A stretch of 64,000 bases of DNA. It comes from a virus (lineage: Duplodnaviria > Caudoviricetes). The stretch lies in IMG/VR virus record IMGVR_UViG_3300032030_002018; one strand, written 5' to 3'. This document shows, piece after piece, positions 28,113 to 37,500 of this stretch. Position 1 is the stretch's first letter. The number at the start of each line of letters is the position of its first letter. The notes under the pieces are model-generated. The model had not been told where the DNA came from, ran no database searches, and worked only from the letters and a program-made list of their open reading frames with translations. The position numbers and the translations under genes were made by a program.

Positions 28113-28796
28113 TCACGAATAATAGAATTTATAATCAAGATGTTTGTCATAATCCTCAATTAAATATATAATTGTTGACTTTGTATTCTTGTATTTTGAA
28201 TTATCGCCAGAATAATTGAATATCTTTATATCATTAAACTCCTCGCAGAACTTCTTAATTATAGCCTCCTTCTTCTCCCAGGCGCACCGTATGGCGATAT
28301 CTCGTTCGTCACCTACATATGATACCGTGGCAAGAAAAAGTCTGTCCTGGTTGTTATTTCGCACCCCTTGTGACTGTTTGTCATAAAAGAAATTTATGAC
28401 AAGTTCTGGGTGTTCCAACAAATAATCCTTTTCATAAGTTTTCAACAAATCATTTGGCAGTCTTGTTGATTTCAAGTCAAATTTGACACCATTTATGGAG
28501 AAATCCCAATTCTTATCTTTTGAATCAGGATTCTTGGATACATTTTCATTCAGACAAAACAATTCCTCATCACACATTGCAGCCTGATATCTGAAAAATC
28601 TAGTATGGTAATATTTTATAATACCTTCTGCGTTAAATCCTTTCTCCTTTAACATACGGTCAATTTCATCAATGGTGGAGCATTTGTAAAACGCCCCACC
28701 CAATATCTTGTCAAATCCATCATTCTGTATTGTTCCCCAACCATAGATGTCTTTTCCTATTCCTGTTAGATAAGATTCTCTCTCCTTTAATGTCAT
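28113..28796 (-). CDS. Putative PD-(D/E)xK restriction-like endonuclease
   Basis: E...WDFSINGVKFDLKST (D-x8-D-L-K) catalytic pattern. Confidence 0.5.
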   Translation of the reverse strand: MTLKERESYLTGIGKDIYGWGTIQNDGFDKILGGAFYKCSTIDEIDRMLKEKGFNAEGIIKYYHTRFFRYQAAMCDEELFCLNENVSKNPDSKDKNWDFSINGVKFDLKSTRLPNDLLKTYEKDYLLEHPELVINFFYDKQSQGVRNNNQDRLFLATVSYVGDERDIAIRCAWEKKEAIIKKFCEEFNDIKIFNYSGDNSKYKNTKSTIIYLIEDYDKHLDYKFYYS

Positions 28797-28822
28797 CCAC
28801 CATCATATTTATCCATATTATA

Positions 28823-30010
28823 TCAGTCCAACGTTTCCTCTTCCTCAAAATCAACTTCCTCAACATCAGACTCATAAATGTCACTCCTGTCACTTATCTC
28901 ACCAATCTTGTTCAATATTTCCTTTACATTATTCTTCTTATATTCATCAAGTTTATCTTCAGATATAATTCCATTATGCACGCAACACATTGTACCTGAA
29001 TATGTTATATTGAATGGCGTTGGCAATTGGTTTTTAGTTACAGACAGTTTTGTGACAATACCATAGTTATATGTCTCACCCTTTGCTGTTGCCGTAAGTT
29101 TCTTTGTAGCCGCTTTGGCAACGCCCCCAAGGTGAATAATAAGTCTTGCACCATAGAAGAATGTCTTGCCACCCTTAAGTTCCAGTGATACACCTGCCAT
29201 TGAATTCATATTGTCCTGCCATATCTTGTTAACACAGAACATTGTATTGGTATATTTCTCACTTACCTTTCTCGATGTTGGTATTCTATCGTTTATAATA
29301 CTGTTGAATGACTGTGATATTGCACCAGCATCAAATTGATTATTACCTAATTTACTTGTAAGTGACTTAAATGATATGATTGAGCCAATACTATCCCATA
29401 TAAAGCATATTGGTTGTTTTATTTTACCATCATCTTGATAATCAAGTATTTCATTGATTGAATATGCAATATCCTCAATTACAGCACGATGACGTCTTTT
29501 GGAAACTCTTTTACCGGCTGAGTAATCCATATCGCCGTATTTATTAACCAAAGTCTTTGTGTCGTAATATATGAAATTACCTTTATAATTGATAATTCCT
29601 TCAGTTACCTCACCTGTATCTTCGTCAATAATTTCTCCGTATACAGGTTCTGCTTCCACGCCACAGTCGATTGCGTATTTCCAATCAAAATTACCCTCAG
29701 TCTCATAAATAACTGGCAATATTCCTTTCTTTTGACAGGCAGCGATAAGACAATTTTTTATAGTTGATTTGCCTGTATTTGACCATCCTGTACATAATGT
29801 CAAATAACCCATTGGTATTCCAGGTAATTTAAGAGCATTCTCAAATGCTTCTGGTAACACAATGAAATCAAGAGGTTTTTCTGCACTTGACACTTCAAGG
29901 TCACTTCTCTTTACAGGTTTGTTATTCTCTTCAATATTGATTCCCAATAACTTATTTATATCATCAATACTTGGAATTTCAAATGTTTTCTTTTTAATAG
30001 CTTGCTTCAT
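28823..30010 (-). CDS. RecA/UvsX-like recombinase
   Basis: LPGIPMG..GWSNTGKST Walker A, IYETEG, WDSIG, GGK motifs; likely start MKQAIKK at 30010. Confidence 0.85.
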   Translation of the reverse strand: MKQAIKKKTFEIPSIDDINKLLGINIEENNKPVKRSDLEVSSAEKPLDFIVLPEAFENALKLPGIPMGYLTLCTGWSNTGKSTIKNCLIAACQKKGILPVIYETEGNFDWKYAIDCGVEAEPVYGEIIDEDTGEVTEGIINYKGNFIYYDTKTLVNKYGDMDYSAGKRVSKRRHRAVIEDIAYSINEILDYQDDGKIKQPICFIWDSIGSIISFKSLTSKLGNNQFDAGAISQSFNSIINDRIPTSRKVSEKYTNTMFCVNKIWQDNMNSMAGVSLELKGGKTFFYGARLIIHLGGVAKAATKKLTATAKGETYNYGIVTKLSVTKNQLPTPFNITYSGTMCCVHNGIISEDKLDEYKKNNVKEILNKIGEISDRSDIYESDVEEVDFEEEETLD

Positions 30011-30608
30011 AATTTTCTCTAATTTTTTTCTTATAGCATAATCTGCATAATGGTTGGTAAACATCGTCTCCTCCAATCATAAACTGATTACCTTCCTTTA
30101 TTATATTGCCATCCTTATCAAACCTTGCATTAACTGTTGCCTTTCTACCACATTTACAACTTGATTTCACCTCAAATATATCGTCTGCAATCTCAAATAA
30201 TCTTTTAGATGCTTCAAATAGTTTAGATTTGAAATCAGTTCTAAGCCCATAACATATAACATCCGTATCCATAAGGTCAACAACATCTGATAATTGGTCA
30301 ACCTGTTCTGGTGTCAGGAATTGGCATTCGTCAACCAATACCCATTTGTTTGGCGGTTGTTGATTAGCCATTCTAACATCGTTATATGTCTTAACAGCCT
30401 CGTAAATATTGACATCAGAAGCAACACTTACACATTCCATTTTCAATCCAGCCCTTGATTTGACATATCTCTTTCCGTCTCTGTTATCAACTCCTGGTTT
30501 AAGTAACATAAATGGTATTCCCTTTTCCTTGAAACTATGGGCAGTTGCCAAAAGATTCAAACTCTTGGCACTCCCCATAGCACCGAAATAAAACCTTAAT
30601 TTAGCCAT
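29994..30608 (-). CDS. tdk: Thymidine kinase
   Basis: GAMGSAKS, VDECQF, YGLRTDF, zinc CxC...CRLC. Confidence 0.95.
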   Translation of the reverse strand: MAKLRFYFGAMGSAKSLNLLATAHSFKEKGIPFMLLKPGVDNRDGKRYVKSRAGLKMECVSVASDVNIYEAVKTYNDVRMANQQPPNKWVLVDECQFLTPEQVDQLSDVVDLMDTDVICYGLRTDFKSKLFEASKRLFEIADDIFEVKSSCKCGRKATVNARFDKDGNIIKEGNQFMIGGDDVYQPLCRLCYKKKIRENYEASY

Positions 30609-31570
30609 TAAAAAGGTAATTCTTCTTCATTATTCTCTTCATCAGAGTTTATTTGTTCAACCCACTTCGTGTAATCAGTGGTTGACTGTGTTAAATTGTC
30701 TTGTATCTCTCTCTCTTTCCTTTCAGCCTCAATCTTATTGAAACTATCCCTGTCAACGTATTTGCCTGATGTCTTGTCGAAAACAGGTATTCCGCCTTCA
30801 ACGATTATTGCCATATATTCATATGGCTTCACAGTGAATACATCAGTCCATTTCTTCTCGTCATTAACCCACGACAAAGCTTGTTCATAATCATCAGAAA
30901 GAGGTGTGTTCCTTCCTTTATCTGTAACTTGAACTGTCGTCTTGTTATTGGAGTCTTTTGACAAAGTTATAACAAGGTCTTTTCCTTCATTAAGGTCAAA
31001 TATATTTTCCTCGTGACCGTCTTCCTTACCTTCGTCATATCTTGTCTTGAATAGGTTCATAATCTTGTCGTACACACCGTCCTTCTTCTTTGAATGACTG
31101 AATACCCAGAACTTAACTCCGTCTTCCTCGTGTCCTCTCTCTATACATCTGACAATCCAAGATTCCTTTGCTCTGTTAGCAAATTCAATATCTCCGTATT
31201 TTTTCTTTTCAGATTCAGAAGATGCTTCATTGCGTAACTTCCTAGCTTGTTCAGATGTCTCACAGAATGGGCATTGGTGTTTATTTTCAATGTCATTCTT
31301 CTCTGGACATATGAATGTGCGCCAACCGCTATTGGTCAGTTCTTTATTAACCTTTACAGTGTGTGTGTGGATTTTATAAAATGGTGAGCCACCTTCAGGG
31401 AAAAACGGCAATAACCTTATGGTTATTTTCTTTGTGGTCTCATCAGGTCCAAGCCTTGCTTGAAGATAATTTTTTGGATTAAATTCTGTTCTCTTCTTTG
31501 GTGCTAAAGTCTCTTGTTCATTTTGGCTGATAACAGCATCTACATCAATGTTAACATTTAAATTATTCAT
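30608..31570 (-). CDS. Single-stranded DNA-binding protein, T4 gp32-like
   Basis: IRLLP..SPF..H..C..CPFC zinc site; acidic tail ending EELPF. Confidence 0.85.
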   Translation of the reverse strand: MNNLNVNIDVDAVISQNEQETLAPKKRTEFNPKNYLQARLGPDETTKKITIRLLPFFPEGGSPFYKIHTHTVKVNKELTNSGWRTFICPEKNDIENKHQCPFCETSEQARKLRNEASSESEKKKYGDIEFANRAKESWIVRCIERGHEEDGVKFWVFSHSKKKDGVYDKIMNLFKTRYDEGKEDGHEENIFDLNEGKDLVITLSKDSNNKTTVQVTDKGRNTPLSDDYEQALSWVNDEKKWTDVFTVKPYEYMAIIVEGGIPVFDKTSGKYVDRDSFNKIEAERKEREIQDNLTQSTTDYTKWVEQINSDEENNEEELPF

Positions 31571-31727
31571 AATATATAAAAAGTTTTAAAATGCGCACCT
31601 ATTATGCGCTTAAATATTATTTCGAATTAAAGATATATAAAAAATGTTAAAAAACCAAATTTTTCCACTATAAATATCCGGAAAAAAATAAAAAAATGCA
31701 ACCATTTTTTTTAGGTTGCATTCTTAT

Positions 31728-33134
31728 TTACCATTCATCATCATAGTCTGGTTGTCTTACAATACCGTCATCTATTCTTCTTTCTATTTCATTTGTTAGT
31801 TGTTCTCTTCCGTAGATGTCGAACCATCTTTCAAGTTCATCACTTATTGGTATCTGTCTTCCATATCCACTATGCCCACGCATAAGAAAGTCTAATTCTA
31901 TTTCTCCGTTTGCATAAGTTCCTCGTAATGTGTACCAATTGTTGTCACATCTTGCCTCAAAATCGTAATATCCATCTGGGTTTTCTGATATATCTGTGAT
32001 ATGCCAATCACTGAAATCTATCTGACCGCCACCAAGATTCATTTCACTTATAATTCTTCTAACTGAATTATTTACAATTCTATGCAAGTCACTTTCTGTA
32101 AGTCTTACTTTTCTCATTGTGTTTCTATTTTTGTTTTCCTGTCTTATTAAATTGTGATATTGAGCCATTGTCATTTCGTCTCCATCTGACTTGGTGAGTT
32201 TTTGACCCCATACCTTATCCCTGTTCCTTCTGAAATCTTTCAATGCTCTCCATTTCTCGTAAGGGCTTTGAAGATGTAGTGGTCTATCGTCATTGTTTGT
32301 ACTATCGCTTTCATTCTCTTCAGAATCATAGTCATTACGTCCAGTAACATCTTTTGTTACTTTTGGTTCTTCTCCGTGAATAAATCCTCTGACTGTCCAA
32401 GAAAGAACACCATCCTCACCGGAGTCGAAAGAAGTGTCACGAAGATATGTGTAGTTCATCAATGTCATAACAGGAATGCCTGAAGTCTTACTTAAATCAG
32501 TAATAATTCGCCTCATTTCGCCTGGTGATAGATTCTCATCATTATACATACATATAATGTAATCCTCAGTCCATATTCTTCCATTATACTGTGTTTTATG
32601 ATAAAACCAGTCATTGAATTTTCTAGATGAGAACTGAAAATCAGAATCGCTGTTTATTAATGAGTAAAAATCATTTGAGTAAAGTCCTGTGTAATTATGG
32701 ATAATGTCATCATAAGCGTCTTTATTGTTGTCAACAATTTCATTTATCTGACCATACGTAATACCACCATTAGCTTGTCTGAACTTAATGATTTGTTTGA
32801 ACGCATCGTAATCATCAAAGTCACCGGAATAATTATCATAATAAAAAGTCGCAACATCTTCATTATAATCTTCTTTGTTATTGTCATATTCCTCCAATAA
32901 CCATTCAAGTTCATTCGCACGCTCATATTGAAAATCGTCCAATAAACTGTTAACACATTCTGCGTAAAATCTTGATGAAGCCTCTTTATGTGTTGTTTGC
33001 TCTTTGCCATAGCACATCTTATACTCTTCCCTGTCGTCAAGAGTAGCCCAATATCCAAATGGATGGGCACCGTAATAGTCCCACATTAATTCGATATCAT
33101 TCCATTCAACCAAATCCGGTGTTGCTGTTAACAT
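31728..33134 (-). CDS. Acidic protein with an internal LTESDL leader (fusion, or nested start at 32117)
   Basis: Internal MRKVRLTESDLHRIVNNSVRRIISE begins at 32117. Confidence 0.7.
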   Translation of the reverse strand: MLTATPDLVEWNDIELMWDYYGAHPFGYWATLDDREEYKMCYGKEQTTHKEASSRFYAECVNSLLDDFQYERANELEWLLEEYDNNKEDYNEDVATFYYDNYSGDFDDYDAFKQIIKFRQANGGITYGQINEIVDNNKDAYDDIIHNYTGLYSNDFYSLINSDSDFQFSSRKFNDWFYHKTQYNGRIWTEDYIICMYNDENLSPGEMRRIITDLSKTSGIPVMTLMNYTYLRDTSFDSGEDGVLSWTVRGFIHGEEPKVTKDVTGRNDYDSEENESDSTNNDDRPLHLQSPYEKWRALKDFRRNRDKVWGQKLTKSDGDEMTMAQYHNLIRQENKNRNTMRKVRLTESDLHRIVNNSVRRIISEMNLGGGQIDFSDWHITDISENPDGYYDFEARCDNNWYTLRGTYANGEIELDFLMRGHSGYGRQIPISDELERWFDIYGREQLTNEIERRIDDGIVRQPDYDDEW

Positions 33135-33138
33135 AATT

Positions 33139-34023
33139 CTAAATCTTTCCGAATATCTTGTTTATATTTTGAATATCGTCTTCGTCAACATAGAAACTGT
33201 CAGCCATTTCTCTCTCGTCAAAATCGTCAACATCACTATTTGTTATTTGATATTCAGCCGTAGTCGGCTCGTTATTATCACCATAAGCATAATAATTGCT
33301 TGTACGCGCCTTGTTATCCCAATACTCATCAGGCCGGACATTGAATGGATAAGAATCAAGTGAACGAAGATTCAATTTCTCCGTCTGAGTTGGATTCCTC
33401 TTCTGAAACTCACGATTTAAATCAGCAATATTCCTATTGTTATTATCAATCATAGACTGCATCTGGTCAATAGCCTGAATAAGTTGTGTGATTCTATGAT
33501 TTACCTTAACAACATCACGACCTACTGCATTAACCTTATCATTACCCTTCTCTTGAGCATTTGTCAGGTCATCTACATCAATAACATCCTCATCTCCACC
33601 CATTGGGTCATCCATACCCATTGGGTCTCCCATTCCTGGGTCTCCGCCCATTGGGTCACCACCCATTCCTGGGTCTCCACCAATTCCTTGGTCACCACCC
33701 ATAGGGTCACCACCCATTCCTGGGTCTCCACCTTGTGGAGGCATACCACCGCCCATTCCTGGGTCACCACCTTGTGGAGGCATACCACCGCCCATTCCTG
33801 GGTCACCACCTTGTGGAGGCATACCGCCACCCATTCCTGGGTCTCCGCCCTGTGGAGGCATACCATCGCCCATTCCTGGGTCTCCACCTTGACCTTGTGG
33901 GTCGTTCATATCATCGTCTTCGCCTTCTTCTTGCATCATAGTCGAGTATCCGAATGTCTCGTTCATAATCTGCATAAATCTCTTTCTGTACTTTTCAGCC
34001 TCGTTGTTTCTATTTCTAGCCAT
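33139..34023 (-). CDS. Gly/Met/Pro-repeat protein with coiled coil (possible prohead core/scaffold-associated)
   Basis: (PPQGGDPGMGGGM)n low-complexity region, then a coiled coil and PTQTEKLNLRSLDSYPFN. Confidence 0.6.
   Translation of the reverse strand: MARNRNNEAEKYRKRFMQIMNETFGYSTMMQEEGEDDDMNDPQGQGGDPGMGDGMPPQGGDPGMGGGMPPQGGDPGMGGGMPPQGGDPGMGGGMPPQGGDPGMGGDPMGGDQGIGGDPGMGGDPMGGDPGMGDPMGMDDPMGGDEDVIDVDDLTNAQEKGNDKVNAVGRDVVKVNHRITQLIQAIDQMQSMIDNNNRNIADLNREFQKRNPTQTEKLNLRSLDSYPFNVRPDEYWDNKARTSNYYAYGDNNEPTTAEYQITNSDVDDFDEREMADSFYVDEDDIQNINKIFGKI
33713..33890. repeat. 39-bp coding tandem repeat (~4.5 copies)
   Basis: Unit cccattcctgggtc(t/a)ccaccttgtggaggcataccaccg starting at 33713, 33752, 33791, 33830, 33869. 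Confidence 0.92.
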
Positions 34024-34027
34024 TGTA

Positions 34028-34195
34028 TCAATCTATAAGCAATTCTCTATTATCTTCTGTAAGTATTGTTTTGGAACTTTCCGTCTTCTCTATGAGTCCC
34101 TTGTCTCTTTTAAGTGTTTCAAACTTGAAGTCTTCATCACACTCACCTTTGAGGACTTTCCTCGCAAGCGCAATTTTAGTCTTTGTGTCCATCAT
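34028..34195 (-). CDS. Small hypothetical protein (55 aa, not in ORF track)
   Basis: MMDTKTKIALARKVLKGECDEDFKFETLKRDKGLIEKTESSKTILTEDNRELLID; ATGA overlap with the upstream stop, fills the gap. Confidence 0.7.
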   Translation of the reverse strand: MMDTKTKIALARKVLKGECDEDFKFETLKRDKGLIEKTESSKTILTEDNRELLID

Positions 34196-34494
34196 ATCTG
34201 TTCAATATTTATGTCGTTATCAATATCAGCAGACTCAACGTTATCAACCGTTGTGTCTTGCTTTTTGTTTCTTTTCTTGTTTCTCTTTTTCTCTTGTTGC
34301 TCTTCGGAAACCTCAACAATATTTTCCTGTATATTGTCTTCAATTACCACAGACTCAATATTTACAGGTTCTTCCTGTATGTTTTGAACATCAGGTACAA
34401 TTATGTCTTCAAATTGAATTGGTACAGCATTAAAATGTACCGTATTTGTCTTCTGTGGTCTGTTTCCAAGCAATCTTTTTGTTATAAAACGCAT
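34192..34494 (-). CDS. Hypothetical charged protein
   Basis: First gene after the late motif at 34515. Confidence 0.6.
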   Translation of the reverse strand: MRFITKRLLGNRPQKTNTVHFNAVPIQFEDIIVPDVQNIQEEPVNIESVVIEDNIQENIVEVSEEQQEKKRNKKRNKKQDTTVDNVESADIDNDINIEQI

Positions 34495-34544
34495 AATACA
34501 AATATATTTTTTTTAATAAATATCAAATAAAACTTAAAAAATCA

Positions 34545-37500
34545 TCACTTGTGTCTTAATAAGAAGTAAGTTAATGGATATTGTTTAAAAGTTTCGCCAC
34601 TTTTAGCAGTTCTTGTTACTGCGCCGTATGGTGACACGTGCTTTTGTAATGTACCTGCACACCATTGTTTATATTTAGAACCACAGTATCCACAACTGTG
34701 ATATCCACTACCAGGAACAGAACTTCTTTTATCCCATCCTACAGGCCACATAACGCATATATCACCTGTTTGTGGAGTGACTGAAAAATTAAAATCTCTT
34801 ACCACTGACGCAGGTGTAGTTCCACTAGCCGCAGCAACCCATTCTCCTGTTGATAAAAGACTCTGCATTAATTGCCAAGGATACGTTACTCTCGTGTATT
34901 TCTGACCGCTTTTATCCAAAGCGACCATAACCCAATGCGTACATCTACCGTCATATCCGTGATTTGAATCAAGTATAAGTTGTTTTTCGAACAGTCCTAC
35001 TTTCCACCCTCCAATCGTTGCGTTTTCATCAATTCCTTCAATTGAGCCGCCTTTGCCAAGTTCAGTTCCATATCCATAGTCTGAATTTCCAATCAAAGAG
35101 TTGCAATCTTTGATTTCAATTCCGTTGCTGTCAATCTTTGTCTTTATAAATGATTCATTTCCACCGCTTTTAAGATATTTTGTGATGCATTTCCTATATC
35201 CGTCGTGTACTTCCTTTGAATCAAAACAAGTACCGTCAGCCTTATATACACCAATTATTCTTGACGGTGGAGTTTTCTCAACAACCTTTACTTGTATGTG
35301 CTCAGGATTTTCCTTTGCTCCGTTATCATCTTTTATAACCCATTTAAGTTCCTCAACATACCGTATATAGTCACTATTAAGACAAACGTCAAAAACACCT
35401 ATAAGTTTTGACTTGTCATCACAGGTGAATCTTATTGTATTATTCGCAATATTCTTTTCATCAATTCCAATATTAGCACCTATACCTGAACTCTGACAGG
35501 TTTGGTTGACAGCCTTTGCAAAAGCTTTAGCGAGTTTGTCTTTTTCCTTGTCCTTATCATTCCTTACTTCTGGTTCTAGTTGCCAAAAATGGTCTATCGA
35601 ACCATCATTTACATAGATGTGATACTTATTTTGAAATAGCCACTCACCACCCCACCAGAACGCTTGGTTTGGATTTTCTTTTGCAGCACCTTTACATACT
35701 TTCTGCTTTGCAAGAACAGGGTCCCATCCACACATAGTACAATAGTTTGTCATTTTTGACAACATATCATAAGTCAACGCAACAGGTGAAGATTTTTTCC
35801 CTGTGTGATTATACTTGCTTACTATCTCGACAGGATAAGAAACTTCAGTCATCTGTCCAATCAAAGAAGCTGGGCCATTGAAAAAAACTTCCTTAATATC
35901 TTCCCAATATTTGTATTTTTTATAATTACCAGCACGGAATGGTTTATCTAGATAATCCTCATTATACCATCCCATTTTCTTGTTCTTGAAAATACCGTGT
36001 GAATATTTTTTGTTAGGGTGATGCCAATAATTGCAAATAAAAGCTGCTTGTATTTTATTTCCAATTCTTCCTGAATATTCACCGCCAGTTTCTCGATATA
36101 CAATATCACATAACGTTTCCCATAGTGGCTGATTCTCAAATGCGCTTTCAATTGAAGCGTCTTTCCACTTATCTACATTCCATCCGTATTTATTCCACAC
36201 ATCAATCGTTCTGCTCATCAAGTCTTCCTGTGGAATTGAACCACCCTTTCCACCTCCGAACAATGGATATACCTTATAAGGGCAGTCATTGTCATAGTTA
36301 GCCAAGGCATTCTTTCTCGCTTCCATATCATTCCTTCCTGAAGATTGGTTAAGTAATCCTTTAGTAACCCAATTCTTCACCTTTCTATTCTGTACATTAG
36401 CCATTCTAACACCTTTGAATGTAGTTGTCATATTTCCTGGTTGTATGCTGTGCGTTACATTCATAATCTGATATGTACCCCTGAACAACGGAACATTCGT
36501 AAGGCAGAAATACATAAGTGGCTGTATCCAAGCACAACCCATCATCTTTATTGTGCAAGTATATGAGTTGTTTGAATAAACAGTGTAAAGGTCTTGTCCA
36601 ACAAATGACATCCTCTTGTTCTCAGATTCCTTGTTGTCATTGTTCATAGAAGCAATCATATACTGTGCCTTGATAGCCTGGTCTGTAGCGATAGGCGAAT
36701 CCATAGAAACGTCAATATCAGAGAAAAAACTTTGGTATTGCTTTCCATAAGACACACCGAACGCAGGAATATGATAGTCAGTTTCATTTCCTCCTTGCAA
36801 TGGTATTGGCAAATGACTTCCTTCAGGCGTTATCATAAATGAATCACCCTTATAGGCGTTCCCATCGCCAAGGTCAAGGTGTGATGAAGCCTCATATGTG
36901 TAATTGAATATGAAATTAGGATGATTTGCAGGCTTTTTCATATCCAAATATGATATCGGCTTGAATATATTCTTTAAATTCTCCTGTTTTGACAAATCTA
37001 TGAAATTGTTTATGCAGAAAAACAAGAACTTATTGACATTGCATATATCTCCAAACATTGAAAGCAATGAATACTGTCTTGATGTCTGTGCTTCAATTAT
37101 CTTATCCGCAAAATCGCCAATATTTATCAATATGCTCTGTCCAATCTTGTGATAAAATGTATCAATGAATACAAATACCGGATTATCACCCTCAAAATAG
37201 TATTTAAGAGTGAAATTATCCCCAACATTATCGCCGGCAATCCATCTATCATATATAAGCTTTATGTATCTGTAAATACCTACCCTTATATCATCATTTG
37301 TCATTGTTGCATTGTCCTTGGCAAGTTTTGTACCGCTTGTCTCACCTTTATTGTCTGTGGTATTGCTTGAAACACCATATTGAATCTTCAATTCATCAAC
37401 AAACCCATCAATGAAATTGTTTCCGTTTGATTGTGAAATTGATATTACACCTTTTCTGTCTTTTTCAGCGTATGCTGTTGTTTTTAATACAGCATATCGT

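Noticed and set aside
18478-30010. Introns or inteins in nrdD, helicase or RecA-like genes
   Set aside because: Lengths are normal and no intein splice or LAGLIDADG/HNH motifs are visible.
33601-33890. CRISPR-like array
   Set aside because: Repeats are contiguous, in-frame coding units with no unique spacers; no cas genes seen.
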